DNA from: Moniliella sp. 'wahieum'
Taxonomy: Eukaryota
Assembly (NCBI GenBank): GCA_003971905.1
Contig: RSEE01000004.1
Location: 1,054,001 to 1,118,000 of the forward strand
Length of the DNA: 64,000 nucleotides
Reading direction: 5' to 3'
The translations under genes and the position numbers were made by a program. Position 1 is the first letter of the stretch, and every line of letters begins with the position of its first letter. Shown here one piece after another: positions 1 to 13,538 of this stretch. Under the pieces are notes generated by a model. The model worked only from the letters and a program-made list of their open reading frames with translations. It did no database searches and was not told the DNA's origin.

Positions 1-784
1 TAAAACGGGCACGGTTCAACATGCCGATGGGGGCAGCCACTTTAGGGAACATCTGAATAAGAAGAGACCCAGTGCATGGGGAATGGAATGCGGGTTAGCT
101 GAGCGCAAACAAGCATATTCTCTTCTCATGCCACTGCTGAGCACACTATAATGTGTACGCACCATCGATGCACCCGTCAGTGCTGCGGGCAAGCTGGCGG
201 ACAAGATTACCGGATATCATGGACGAGGAAAAAAGACAAGGCGGCTGTGGTGTAGGGTGGGTGTGTTGTGGGTGGTGATGGGTCTGGTGAAGGGTTTTGC
301 CCAGAGGATAAAACGTGCATCTTAAGCAAAGCCGGTGGACCGAGACGGCATTCGAGGGCGCAGCTGGAGTGCGCCACCGCATGGCGCCAGTGTACGGCGT
401 TGCCTGTCTTGCTTGCGCCGCTGCTATTGCATCTCAATCAAGGTTTTGCTATAGCCCGTCTTGCGGCTGCTCAGAGCTCTCTATGACACCCGTTGCCCGC
501 TCAATAAATGACACGGCCGCCACCTCTGAAGCTAATACACAAAATGGATTGTCTCGTCGTACAGCATCCTCACCAGGACCACACATGTGCCCCATGCAGA
601 TGCTTCCAGACATGAACTCGAAAAATAGATAAGGAGAAAGACGATCATCATAGTGGGACGCTCAAGAACTCCTTCACAGAGGAAGCCACACGTATCAACA
701 GATATCCCACCAAAGTCGCCATCAGAGGGACAAAAGGAAACATGACAATTGAAGTTTTTTGTAACGGCCCATTCTACCGTATAG

Positions 785-3447
785 TTATTCCTTGCGTTTG
801 GGTGAGACCGACAGACCCGTCCGTGGGGCGGAAGAGGATGAGGCGTCATTCGTGCGGCGAGTCAATCTGCGTCCAACCGACCTGGTGGAATGGAAAAACG
901 AGCTTGGCTCGCCACCCTGGCTAGGGGAAGAATTGACATGGGCTGCCGGAGGGCTGTTGAATCGGTTCAAGGCAAGGTCGCGGACCGAGGAAGAACCTGG
1001 GCGGGGAAGAGTAGACAGGGCCATCTGGGAGCGGTGCACCACCATCTTCTCCAGGCCAAACGACGGACGCTCGGTTCGGAAACTTTTGCTGCGCTGCACT
1101 TCCAGAGCCTTGCCCGACACCACTTTCTTCAGTTCGAGATGGGCCTCGTACAGCTCCCCCATGCAGGCTTTCAGACGGCCCAGCTCATAATGAGCAAAAT
1201 ACAGAATCCCACATCCTCTCCACGCAAACGAGAGCCAACCGAGAAGACTTTGTGGAAACAATCAACGGCCTCGTTGGCCAGATCAGTGGCGACGGCATCT
1301 GGTCATCCGGCGGCATACGAGGGAGAGTATACTCAATTGGAACGCTGAGAAGCGAAGGATGACGCTCGAAGAAAGTAGGCAAGGGCATAGGCGCCTGCCA
1401 CTCCGAATCGTCCGATGGATTGTACGCCGAGGCAGTGGTCGATTCAAGCAAGGCAATTTCCCGCGTCACCACCGCCCCAGCTGCCTCGTACAGCAAAAAG
1501 ACGGGGTGTGGGGGAGGGTGTGCCAAATGTAGGCAAACTCAAGTCCAGGAAGAGTGAGGCGGCCGTTCTGGATAAACTTCTTGGCTCGTCCGATGGCAAA
1601 GCGCTCGGCTCCAATCGACTGTCCAGCAACTCGCTGGCTCAACAGAGGCACGGTCGCCATAATCGTCTTGGCCCGCTGAATCGTCGCCTCGTCTTGTTGC
1701 CCCGACTTTGTCTGGTTCTTGGCCGAGTATAGAGACAAGGCTTTAGTACTGGAATAACGCCTTCGTGAACGACGATTGGCGCGAGAGAGCATCGAAACAC
1801 TCAAACGCTCGCTCGTGATCAGCTAGGGTAAGATATGCCAAGGCCAAGTCCCAATACACAAGGTGGCTCAGCTCGCGGTACTGGTGTTGACACGTAATGG
1901 CGTTGCGGTACGACTCCATGGCTCGTTCAGGAAGGGCCAGCATACTGAGCATGCGACCTTGGAAAAAGTGGAAAAAGAAGCCTTGTGGGAAACGTTGAGG
2001 TGAATTGCAAAACCTTGTCGGCCAGCTCAAGGTTAACCGTCGGGATGGCCACGTAGGAACTGACAAATAGATTGTAGGTCAGAATGGTGAGGTCACACAA
2101 CGGTCGGCGGAGTCCCTCTTGCGCGATATCAATCCCCGGAGCGGTCGAGGCAGATGTCCAGCCTCCAGCTTGACTCAAAATGTCCATCGCCCGCTCCCGA
2201 TCCGTCGAGTAGCCGATCCGTCCCAGCACTTTACCTGCCACTGCCGGTAATAAAGAGAGGACAAGGGTACAGATACCGTAAGACAGTTGCATCCCGCACC
2301 GTAGATCCACGTCTACGGCAAAATCCTCCGGTTTCGGACCGCCATGCTTGCCTTGAGCCAGTTGTTCCCGCGCCTGTGCAGCCTCAGCGTCTTGGCGGCG
2401 GCAAAACTGCTCCAGCTGACGAATGATGAGGTACGCTTTCCGCAGGTTGATCACATGGCGGCCAGCTTGGCTGCATCGCGCGACATGAAGATGCCAACAA
2501 TCGAGACAATCAAGCACGACTCGGCGTAGATGAGCTCGGCTTGCTGCTGAACAAAGGTCATTGACGCCAAAAAGCTGCTGTCCGACCGGCCTGGCACAGG
2601 GATCGTGGGCCGTTTCTTCCGCAACAGCTTGGCGATTCCTTGCATGTTGGGCACACAGGACCCCGGTCTGGAGGTGAGCTTGCTCAAAGGTCATGATGGC
2701 TTTGACTCCATTGATCAACGCCATGGCAATTGCCATGTACATCCGTGTCCCGGCCGTTTTGGGCTACGGCCTCACTCTCGGTCATCTTTGAATTCAAAAA
2801 TAAGTCCATGATCAGATGCGATGTGCGCACATCCTCGCGCATCTCGGCCTCGGTCTGCTCCACATGTGCCTTGGTCAATTTAAATCGAGGGATGTAGTCC
2901 GGCCAGACATAAGCTGGATGGGACACAGTCTCGTCCGACGCCAAGGAAACCCGTCGCCGTCATTTGTGCCCCACTCCAAGGAGCTGCGATCCGTGCCGGT
3001 CGAGACACTGAGTTCTGAACCCGGTCCGGTTACATGTCCCGAAGCCGGCTCGCCCAGGGAGAGTTCATCGACACTGCTTCCTGTGACATTGGTTCCATCC
3101 GTCGACATGGATGCCACCGAGGCAATGGCCGAGGAGGCCCGCATGGGCAGAGAGGAGGACACGGAAGTGGCGGTGGTGCGCCGTGATGTGACTGAAAATT
3201 CGGTTGCGCTGCCCGAATGGGAGGCGGAGCGTGGGCGGAAGCCAGACTGAGAGGCTCCAGTCGGTAGAACCGGCAGCTTGGATGTAGGTGGAGGAGAGAC
3301 AACGGATCCGCCTTGCGAGGAAGAGGACAAACGTGCGCCAGGCTGACGACCTCCTCGCGAGGGATCCGTCGCCGGCATAGGAGAGTTGAGCTGCAACGAG
3401 TTAGAACGATGGAGAGTGGTGCGAGGTGCTGGGGAAGCTAGATTCAT
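785..3447 (-). CDS. IML2: Iml2/TTC39 (DUF3808) TPR-like protein; frameshifted in assembly; possibly the C-terminal half of a CRAL-TRIO fusion
   Basis: Consecutive ORFs give Iml2-like segments: LIMDLFLNSKMTESE, ALINGVKAIMTFE, GMQLSYGICTLVLSLLP..LGRIGYSTDRERA..L.QAGGW..EGLRRPLCDL, FFHFFQGR, HLVYWDLA, FAHYELGRL..ELKKVVSGKALEV. Confidence 0.8.
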
Positions 3448-3524
3448 CGAAGCGCGCGATACGATTGGGTGAGAAGGACTGAACAGTTTTGGAGACGTAG
3501 GTGGGGCTCAATTCGGGAGGGCGT

Positions 3525-5249
3525 TCACTGCCACAGGCACCGAACCGTGACGAAGATGAATGTGTCATCAGGTCCCCCGTTTTGAGCAAGCCACGACAAG
3601 AGCGCCGGTATGGAGTGGGCAGTACCAACCAATACCGGGGCCAGATCGGTACCTGCGGGAGGGCAAACGTAGCTTCCATCCTCTTGCAGAATCCCAATCC
3701 TATGGTACACATTCGGTGCACGTGGTATGGCTGCGCTTGAAGAGCCTGAAGGCGAAGTTGGACCTGCTGCACTGACCGTGCGTGGAGCACGCTCTCCCAT
3801 GCTGCCGCAGGAGCTTGATCCATGGTAGAATTGTTCGCCGAGAGCACCAGGAAGCGGTGGTAGCCTCGAATTTTTGAAGTAATTCTTCGCGCTCAGTCCG
3901 AATCAGTTTGCGAGTATTGGCATGAACAGCGGATGCTGTTTCGCGGGAACCAGGTGGGGGGTAGATGACTTCTGCGCCTGCCCCCCAAGTGGGGAGGGAG
4001 GACGAGTTCGGGGGGGAAAGCAAGCCAGGGGGCCAAGTCGGCGAGGGTGGTGGAAAAGCGGATCTTGGCGAGGATGGGTTCGACCATGGGCTGGAGCATC
4101 TTCCATACATTGCTAAAGACCCAGGGCGAGGCATGGATCCAGATGCGCGCGACGCGCTCGGGGAACAAAACGGCCATATATCGGACGGCAAACAGGACCG
4201 CTTGCCAATCCATTGATTTTATAGTAAAGTTGACCAAGCTAAATAGGATCGACACCTTGCCGGCACCGCCGTTCGGAATGCTGGTGGCGCTGGGTTCGAG
4301 GGGAGCAGCGCCAGCGCAAGTGCAAGCCGACAGGAGGCAAAGCAGCATATGCCGTTGCATCGTTTCGGTCGACTGGGCTGTCGCGGAATGCTTGCCCACT
4401 CGGACCACCATGACCGGCGAGCCATCTTTGGCAACGGTTTCGACAACACCGAGCTGGTGGCGCCAGAGACGGAGGGCACCTGGAGCGGTTTGCAGTGAGG
4501 CTTCGCCATGGCGTAAGAGGGACGGTACGTCCAGTTCGTACCAATACGAAAGGGCTCCACACAAGCTGTGGGACGGATGCGAGTGAAGATAGCGAACACG
4601 AGCACGACAAGAAGTCACCAAAAGCAAAAGGCAGTGTGAAGAAAATCAGCGGATGTTCGGGCACAGGTGTGTAGGGTACGTTTTACTTACAGTCCTAAGG
4701 AACGGTCGACATGAAAGTCTCGTGCGCGAAGGAAGCGCACGAGGACGGCATCGGGGTAGTCAGTTTGGACGTACTCCCAAAATGCGGTGCGCAGAAGAGG
4801 TCCGCCGTAGCGGGAGAGAAAGAGAGAGGGAGCGGATTGTTCGGCTTGGAGAGTGGTCGCAGCACGTAGTTGGACCGTGGCATCTTCCGTGCGCGACAGC
4901 TGGCTCTGTGCCATGGCCTCCCGCTCGGCCGAGGGGTGGGCAGGCACAGCGCGAACCCCTCCATTGGCCAACACAGTCGCAGACACATCAGGCTTCTGCG
5001 AGAAGAGAGCCAGGAGGCGGGACCAGAGAAGCTGAAGCGCCTGTTCCTGGCTGGGGCTGAGCGGAAGGGACGCGTCGGGTGTGCGGGGATGGGGGGGACG
5101 GGGGGAGGGGGGGAGGAGGAGGCGGGAGGAGCGCCGTTGTCGGCGGCGAGGCTGGATCCTTGGGCGTGGGCCATAGCGAAGGCGGCAGCCAAGACGGGGA
5201 AAGGGGGGGATGGTGGCGAGGGGAAGAGGGCCTGCGCCTCAAGTGCCAT
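3525..5249 (-). CDS. CSR1: Sec14-family CRAL-TRIO lipid-transfer protein, Csr1/Sfh2-like
   Basis: TAFWEYVQTDYPDAVLVRFLRARDFHVD (CRAL_TRIO_N); MDWQAVLFAVRYMAVLFPERVARIWIHASPWVFSNVWKMLQP; C-terminal RAPNVYHRIGILQEDG; probable intron about 4600-4690. Confidence 0.8.
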
Positions 5250-6220
5250 GGGTGTGGGCTGCGGGCTGCTGTAGGCCACCCCACCCGCAGGGCCCACTTC
5301 TTGGGGTAGAAGTGAGTCAAATGAGCGATTTATACCAAGTGGCAGGGGCCAAGTGGGGTCAATTTGCACCGATGTATGTCGCATCATTAACAGCGCCCAG
5401 AACAGCCGTGGCGGATCCGCGGTGTCCCAGACGCTAATCTACACCACGTTGGTCGGCCTCGCTGCTCAGATTGAGCGTGGTGTGTGCTGACCCACTCACC
5501 TCGGCCATCATGATGCACATACCTACACAGGTCCAGCAAGAAGATGCCCCACTCACCGAAACTTCGGTCTTTGGCCATTCGCCACACAGACAAGATGCAT
5601 GACCTAGGGGAGATGGAGCGACGCGAGCGCTCTGCATGGACAAATTGCCCGTCTCCGTTACCGCAGACGCACACCATCGTAGCGTCCGACTTTGGGCTCA
5701 GCACAAATTTTGGGCAACACGAGCATGGCGGAGGTGAACCCTTCGTAAACCATTCCAGTCGTCAAGCCCTTCACATGAATGGACTGTCATTGATCATCTT
5801 CGTATGCTGCGTCTCGGGACAGGTTCGCCACATGCCTTCAACAATAGCAAGAAAAATATTGTCGATGGCGGAGGTATGTTGCAAGGCGGACAGGAGGGGG
5901 AGGGGAATACACGTGAGGATAATACAAGGGAAAAGACTCGAAGCGCTTGGTTCAGACGCAGCGGTAGGAGAAAGGAGGGAACACCAGACAAGATCGCACT
6001 GGGCCTTGGCTCCCCTTCTCGGCCATGTGCATGCTTCTTGCACGAATGCGACGAGCGTAGCGGAGTAGAATTAGTGCTGCGGGCAAAACAGTAGCGGAGA
6101 TGTGACAGAGACAGGGACAAACAATAGGGGTGGTACACTGCCCCATGCTCAGCGACGGTCCTACAAGAGAGAGCAGCAGGATGCTGTTTCGATCTCGGGC
6201 GTTGGCAAAGGCGAGTGGGG

Positions 6221-6720
6221 TCAGTTGGCCGCATCGTACCGCGCCTTAGATTGGGCAAAGAGCATTTCCTGGTGCTTCAGCAGCTCTTCGGGGCTCATGC
6301 CCGTGTCCTTCATCTTACGAGACTTGGATTCACGTTCCTTGGTAATGGTCTTATGGCTCTGCAGTGTCGGCCACGGCGGGAGCGAACTGGTCAAAGCCAG
6401 GTCCTTGAGGGCCTGCAGCACATGTTCAGGTGCAATGGTCTTTTTTGCGTCGCGTTCACAGATCTCGTTGGACTCGCTCGAGACGAGGTGGATGAACTCG
6501 ACGCAGCACTCGATGAATAGGTCGCGTGTGTCGCGGGCGCACGAGAGCTCGGGCGGGAGGGCGGCTGAGAGAGAAGGGTGGCGTGTGAGATCGAGAGCAC
6601 ATATGAGGCAACGAGAGGCAACAGGAACGCACCTTGAATGATCTTCTGGATAGTTGCCTTGGGCAGCGAGAGTTCATCTTCGGTTGAGCCTGATGCGGCA
6701 AAGGCCTCGTCGTCCGACAT
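6221..6720 (-). CDS. NCB2: Negative cofactor 2 beta subunit (Dr1), histone fold
   Basis: MSDDE..EDELSLPKATIQKIIQ, intron 6565-6632, then LPPELSCARDTRDLFIECCVEFIHLVSSESNEICERDAKKTIAPEHVLQALKDL..GMSPEELLKHQEMLFAQSKARY. Confidence 0.95.
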
Positions 6721-7275
6721 GGGCGCGAGCGCAGCAGCAAAAGCACAAGGAACGGCGGGCGTAGGCGGGCGTAGGCGTAGGCGGAGCGTCAAGGAAAACG
6801 CGCCAAAAAGAAAAAAATCGGGGACAATCACCTGACCAGGCCAAGAGGAGGAGTAGGGTTACGCCCAAGCGCGGCTGGACAAGCGGCTGAAGGCAGGGGT
6901 GGGGGTGGGCTGGAGGTGGGGCCGAGCCAGCGGCGGCGGCTCGTCTAAATATAAGCAGTCCACGCAGCGCATGTGCTGCCGCAGCCTGCCGCCAGAGCGC
7001 GCTCCCGGCAGCTGCGCTCAGGCGCTCCGTTGACGTTCAGAACGCTGAGCTCAGCCGCAAAATTCAGCTGAATGCCCCCGTACCTGGTGCCCGCTCAGCC
7101 GATGATGCGTGATGCATGATAGGTGTTCACTGTGCTGCCGTGCTGACCCTCGCCCGTTCGCCCCGTGCCTGGCGACCGAGCTGTGTGCGGCCGTACAGCG
7201 CCAGTCTTTGCCTTGTTATTTTTCCCACCTCGGCCTGGTCTGCTCTCTGCCCCCCCGCGCGGGCTGGAAGCACGC

Positions 7276-7306
7276 CATGCATGATGCATGATGCATGATT
7301 AATGAT
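7276..7306. repeat. Tandem self-complementary heptamer array (CATGATG)n
   Basis: CATGATG at 7280 and 7287, CATGATT at 7294; nearby 12-bp palindromes GCTGAGCTCAGC (7044) and ATTCAGCTGAAT (7062). Confidence 0.9.
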
Positions 7307-7967
7307 TGGTTGACCCGGAGGCTGCCCTGTGTCCGGTGACCCGGCCTGATCGAGCCCGCCAGCGGAATTTTTGGCGCCCAGGCTACTGCGGAGTCGGTGC
7401 GGAATGTGGACAGCGCAAGTGTCGTTTGGAATTTGAAATGTGGCCGCGCCTCAAGCTCTGTCCCCACTTCATCACCTGCCCCACTTGTCTCTCAGCGCAT
7501 GTGCCAACTACACTGCTCCACCTACTTCACCTCGGCTTCGCTCGGCGCTAAGCGCCGGCACTCGTGTCTGCCTGTATTCTCATATCCATCCATGCCCACC
7601 CATGAGAGAAATATTCAATCGTGAGGTCGGCATGGAAGGGGAACTTGGCCAGATGTGGGCGCGCCAATGCCGCTGTGTCCCGAGTATAGCCTCAGTTCCA
7701 ACGCCCTCCCCCTCTCCTCCACTGGCATCACCTCTGTCCCAAGCATGCACGGCGCGCGCGGTTCATCGTGGTATAGTTTAAAGCGGACGGAACAGGCTGT
7801 AGGCGCAGGGTGAAGGCGGCGCAGGGCAGAGAAAAGGGGGGTGCTAGGGCGGGTGGACGGCCGGCAAAAAATCAGGGGTATAGTGGAGCTGGTCGGCACA
7901 GGCGCGGGAGCGAGGGCGTGAAAGAAAGATGCCGGGGAGGGGCGGGATGAGGGGCACACCACTATTC

Positions 7968-9636
7968 TCAAGGCATCCACAGCTTCACTGTCAAGTCCAC
8001 CGACCCTGTCGCGACCACATTGACCGTCTTGCGCGTGTCAGTGGCGCGGGTTAGGACGCCATTCCCAATCCCATTTCCATTCCTTGTGTCCGCAGGTCCA
8101 TCGGACGACGCCCCCTCGACCCGGGCGCGGCCCCAGGCAACGGTAGTGACAAAGTGGTTGTGCGCTTCGAGGGTACGAGAGGTGCGGCCCGAGGCCAGGT
8201 CCCACACCTTGAGCGTCTTGTCATCCGACACGGACAGAAGAAATTTCCCGTTGGGCGCAAAGACCAGTCCTCGGACCCAATTGTCGTGCCCAACGAGCGT
8301 TTTGAGACAGGCGCCACTGCGCGTATCCCACAAACGGATCGTTGTGTCCCGACTGCCGGTAGCGGCGAACAGACCCGGTTGTCGCTCCTTGCTCTGTCGA
8401 TGGATTTGCGACGTTAGTATGCTGTTCCGCTCTCCCCCGAGCCGACTCGTTGGGAGGCAGGGGTACGTACCGAAGGGGAGCCAGTCAGTTCAAACAGCGC
8501 TGGGTACGCTGCCAGTGGTGCAAAGACGGCAACCTCGACCACATGCTCGTGGCCACGCAGCTCATTCTTGGTCTCGCCCGTATTGGGGTCCCAGGTCCGA
8601 GCGGTTTGGTCGTTGGAGGCACTGATCATCATCTTCCCGTCTTCGGATGGACTGATCCAGCGTACCCACTCCGCATGACCCGTCAAGGTGCGGACACAGA
8701 AGCCACTGGCCACTTCCCATATCCGAATCGTCCGATCTCGACTGGCACTGGCCAGGTACGTGTCCCCTGGTAAAAACTTCACACTGGAAATGCTGTGGTC
8801 GTGGCCATAGAGTGTCTTGACCGTCTTCCACTCGTTGGTCGTGTCCCAAAGGCGGATGGTCAGGTCAGAGGAACAAGATGCTGGAGCAGACAACAGAACA
8901 GCATCAGTCAGTCTCTCTCGTGTTGGGCCATGAGGAGGAAACGAAAAGAGTGTGTATGGGAGGTAGGCACTCACCTAGAAAGGTGCCCTTCGAATCAAAA
9001 TCAACGTCCTGCACAGCCTTGGTGTGACCCTTGAGCGTGCGCTCAAATTCGCCGGTTTCCCAATCCCATACTTTGATCGAAGAGTCCTCAGAGGCAGAAA
9101 CTAGGAGGCTAAAGACTGGGTGGAAGGTAACCGAGTCACTGGGTTGCGGTGGCTGGCCAGCGTGTACCTGGCCGGTATGCGGGGAGTCCAGTCCACTTGG
9201 GACGCGGAACGGCGCGTGCCAGCGGGGGTCGAGGCAAGCTCCTCGGTCAAGAGGCGTTCTTGGCTTCAGCTCCATGATCTGCGGACATACAGGATGCAAT
9301 GCGGTTAGAAGCAAGGCCGCAGAGGCGCATCCAGGCCCAAGCAGGCGCACGACGCACCTTCTTTTGCAGCCTAATCACACTTGTCCATTTCTTTTCGAGT
9401 AGGCCAGCGTACTTGGCTTTGGAGTCGACGACAAACTCTTCCTGCTCCGTCTCCTTGGCGAGGGCGTCAAAGGATGCGGTGAGGCCATTGGACTGGAAGT
9501 AGTCGAGGATGGAGTGGTTGCTGCGTGCCACAAGAGGAGTCAGATCTCAGAACGATGAGCGGGGAGGGAGGCGGACAAAGGCAGGCTTCACCCACAGTTC
9601 TTCTTTCTGCCGCTCGGAGAGCAGCGTTGGCGGCAT
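7968..9636 (-). CDS. PAC1: LIS1/NudF/Pac1 dynein regulator (LisH + WD40), multi-exon
   Basis: [14 protein letters not shown] / [24 protein letters not shown] / [40 protein letters not shown] / [27 protein letters not shown] / [28 protein letters not shown]. Confidence 0.97.
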
Positions 9637-10451
9637 GGCGGCGAGGTGAACGGAGAGGGAGTGCGCCACACTCGCTGGGAGGAGGGGTAGGGGAGGGGGG
9701 CTAGAGAGGGCGCGGCGGGTGCAGGTGACGGGAGGCAGCGGTGGGGCGTCGGTGCAGTTGGACTGTGATTGATTAATGATTGGCCAGCCCAGAGGAAACC
9801 AACACAATGCAACCTGCGCCGGCCACACACTGGCGCTGCCAGCCAGACCCCGCGCTGCGCCGCCTCTCCTGGCCCGCACACGCGAGTATGGCGCGCGTTG
9901 GGCAGGCGGGCGAGCCTCAGGCGCTCACCCCTGCCTGTCTGCCTTCGCCTGTCTGCCTCACCACTTTTTAGCCTGGGCGCTCCCTCCGGCCTCGGGCTTT
10001 CACGCAGGGTTCGTGCGCCATCCAGATGCTGGCTGGGCTGCCTACGCGCATCCGTCGCTGGCCTGCGTGCCTCCCCCGCCATGCCGTTCCCCCTGCGACG
10101 GTGCGGGGGCTGCTGGCTGCCTGGGGTTCTCTCCACCCCCGCCTCTGGATCTGGCCGACGGGACTACTAGTTCGTTCATGCTATCCCTGCTGTTTCTCCC
10201 CCATGGCCCCTGCAGCCGCGTGGTGACGTAATTCCGCCTGAAATCGGTTCCGTCCGGTTGGATTTCAATGGGCAGCTGGCCAGGTCGAAGCAAGCAAGCA
10301 GTAAAATTAAAACAGCTTCGCGGGCCACGCGTTGCTTGCGTCGGTGCTGGCTGGTGGTGCGTCTCTGTACTTAATCGTCTCTTCCCGCGCAGCCTCACCT
10401 CGCCCGCCGCCCGCCGCCCCTTCCCTTTCCCCCTTCCCCTTTCTATCCGCC

Positions 10452-11380
10452 ATGGCCCAGACCGCCTTTGCTCTCTGACCCCTCTCTCCCCTGCCTTGGC
10501 AGCCTCCTCCGCTCCCCACCCGTTCCAGGGCGACACGCTGCTGTTGCCGTGCGTGTCCATTGGCTCGGTGCCGCAACTGGCGTTTGACCTTTTGGTCCAC
10601 GCGCCCCACCTGGGCTTTGACCGAACAGCGCGCGTGCAAGCCAGTCGATGGTGTGTCCCATTCGCCGGTCCGCTCGATTCCTTGCCGCCCGCCTCGTCCA
10701 AGCTGCCTGCTACCTTTCCCACCGACATCTCCACCGCCCTCGAGCTCTACCGCTCGCCAAAGCGCCAGCTAACCCTGCTGCACCAGCGCAGTCCCGTGCT
10801 CAAGTCTCAAAAGACTGCCTTTCTCACCGCGCTGCTGGACTGGATCGAAGCCCAACGCTTTGCCCAAGTCATCCTGGTGGCCAGCTTGGACGCTGGCCTG
10901 CGCATTGATCCCGAACTGACAACGCCCGTGCTGCACTGGGTCCCGTCTCGCGCCGCCGCGGTGGGCGATGGGTTGCTCCATTTCATCACCACCACCACCC
11001 CCGTCTTCACCCCGACCCGCTCCCCGGATTGCCAGCGCGGCAACCCGACACACATACCGACGCGGTGCCACCCCTTCCGGGCGCCGGCCTCGCACGAAGC
11101 TTGCTCCGTGCAGCCGTCCAAAGGGCGGACATGCCCCCTTGCGCCGCCCTCCTCCTCTTTGCCGGCGAGGGGACAACCGGGGCGATGCTCATGCGCTAGC
11201 TGGGTTGTTGGCACGTGGCTTGGGCGTGACAGAAACCAAAGGTACGTGGCTTGCCTGCGCCAGCGTGCGGCCCGAGGGGAGCACTGACCAGTCCATGGGT
11301 GGGGCGGGACAGAGTTTGAAGAGCCACTGAGTTGGCAGAGCATGTTTGGGCCCAAGTACGACCAGACGTTGTATGGCTAA
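10452..11380 (+). CDS. Proteasome assembly chaperone 2 (PAC2/PSMG2/Add66 family)
   Basis: TLLLPCVSIGSVPQLAFDLLV, STALELY, LLHQRSPVLK, EGDNRGDAHALA; after an intron (GTACGT at about 11242) EEPLSWQSMFGPKYDQTLYG*. Confidence 0.88.
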
Positions 11381-11431
11381 TGCTGCGTCTCGAAACGAAA
11401 GGAGAACCAAGTTATCAAGACCAATTTCATT

Positions 11432-12521
11432 CTACAGATGTGATGCAGAAGAGGAGGGGTACGGAAAGGGGTGGTAGAGAGACAGTGAGAGTACCAGGTG
11501 GGGTGGGGTGGGAAGGGACTCAGGGAGAAAGCCCGCCTCATCCTCCTTGCGCCGGTCTTCCATGCGCGCCTCCATCTTGGCAAACTCATCCAGCGCCACC
11601 TGTTCCTCTGGATCCAGTACCGGCTCGACACCCAACACCTCGGGGATGTAGTGCATCAGCATCCGCTCCACCCCATTCTTGAGGGTAATCGTAGACGAGT
11701 CACAGCCGCGGCAGGAACCCTTCAATTTCAGCCGCACAATCCCGTCCCCGCCCTCGCCCTCGCCAAACGAGCGAACTCAACGTCGCCACCATCTTCTTGC
11801 AGCGCAGGACGCACCCGCGTGTCCAGCAGCTCCTTGACCATCGCCACCGTCTCTGAGTCCGTGTCGAGGATCTCCGTGTTGGCGGACGAGCCAGAGGGCT
11901 GGCCCTCGACAAACAGCGGGTGACCGGCAGTAAAGTATTCCATGATTTGAGCAAAGATTTCCGGCTTGAGTTCGGCCCAGGACGTTTCGGGCGTCTTGGA
12001 CACGGTAACAAAGTCGGGGCCATAGAAAACGGAGGCGACACCCGGGATTTGGAAGAGCTGCTTGGCCAGCGGCGAAGGGCTGTCGAATCAGAACCGCACA
12101 CACAAACAACAGCCAGTCAGTATTTGGTCGGCATGGTAAGGGGCAAAGGAGACAGTAAGCTTACCGAGCCGCCTTGATGTCGAGAAACTCGGCAAAGCCT
12201 TGGTCCATGACCGGCACGCCGGGCAAAAACTTGATCGAGTCTTGGTTCGGCGTCGCCTCAGTCTTGATGAAGATCGATCGAGCTGGGGAGAAGAACAGGG
12301 AGGTCAGCGGGATGCCATTGGCGTGCGCAGAGAGAAAACCAGGATACGACTTACTCTGGCTGGCCAGCCAAGGCACACGACGGGTAGGGGTTGGTGTTGG
12401 GCGGGCGGAAGGACGAAGGAGGTGGGTGGAGTAGGCGGCGACCAGCCGGGCGGAGGGGCGCGCGAGCGAGGCTGAGCGCCGGACGGAGTGCAGAGTGGCG
12501 AACGGCAGCAAGGCCAGTCAT
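11432..12521 (-). CDS. NFU1: Mitochondrial NifU-like Fe-S carrier Nfu1
   Basis: Arg/Ser-rich presequence; [93 protein letters not shown] (CxxC); 3' end uncertain. Confidence 0.95.
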
Positions 12522-12821
12522 AGTGGCGGGGAGCGGCATGGCAACAAAAGGGGGAGACAGGGCGGTGGTGCACGAGAAAGACCCAAGCCCAGCTGGCAAC
12601 GAAGGACGTCGGTGGCGTTCTTTCTAGCGACGTGATATGGGACAGGTTGCACACAAGATGTGATCCATGCCGTCACTGTAGTCGGTGATCACCGTGGCCT
12701 GGCGCCGACGGTGCGGAAGGATGCGCTTTCGGAGTTTAAAAAAAGGCGGTAATTGTGTTGGATAACCCTACTCGTCCACGCATGCTGAGTAGTTGCTGAG
12801 CGGTGACTCATCGATCATGGC

Positions 12822-13017
12822 TGACCGGTGACCGGTGACCGATTAATTTTAATTGCCTAGGCCCTCTTACACGCTTCCTTACGTAACAGTGTCGCGTTGT
12901 ACGATCTATGATGCATGATGCATGATGCATGATGCCTGGCGCACCCCCAAAGCAGGACGGGGCGTCACGCGTCACGCGTCACCATGTCACAAGTCACAGC
13001 GGCGTCACGCGTCACGT
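12822..13017. repeat. Cluster of different tandem self-complementary heptamers
   Basis: (GGTGACC)2 at 12827; (CATGATG)3 at 12914; (CGTCACG)2+ at 12963 and 13003. Confidence 0.9.
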
Positions 13018-13538
13018 GCACCAGCCAAGCCCGATGACGTCAGGGACGGTCCTAGTACCGGCGTCCCCGCACCAGTTTTCATCGTAGCCTCGACGTCCAA
13101 CGTCCTCAACCCTCAACACACTCGACGCCCAACCTCTTCAACCCACGCAGCACAGTGAGCGGGTGAGCAAACGCCCGTTCTTGGAATGGCCTACCCTCAT
13201 TCTCTGCCGTAGCGACGCGCGGCACGCTAGTCCACGAGATGATTCAAAATCTTCATGCCTGTGGGAGGGCGGGGGTAAGAAGGCTGGGCCAGGATGGTCC
13301 GGGGGGCCAGAACCGACCCAGCCGTTCCCAGCGAAATCGTAGGAAACAAAACTGAGCTTTGCTCCTGTAGGTGACATGAGGGCAAGGCTAAAAGATGAGG
13401 CGTTATGTACATGCAAAAAGAAGACCCCGGTGGGCGACAGGTCTGCTATAGAGGAGAAGGTGAGGCGAGAGGCAAGAGGATGCGGGCGTGGGCAAGCCAT
13501 AATACAAGTCAAAAGTCCAGAGGTGAAAAAAGGGCAAA

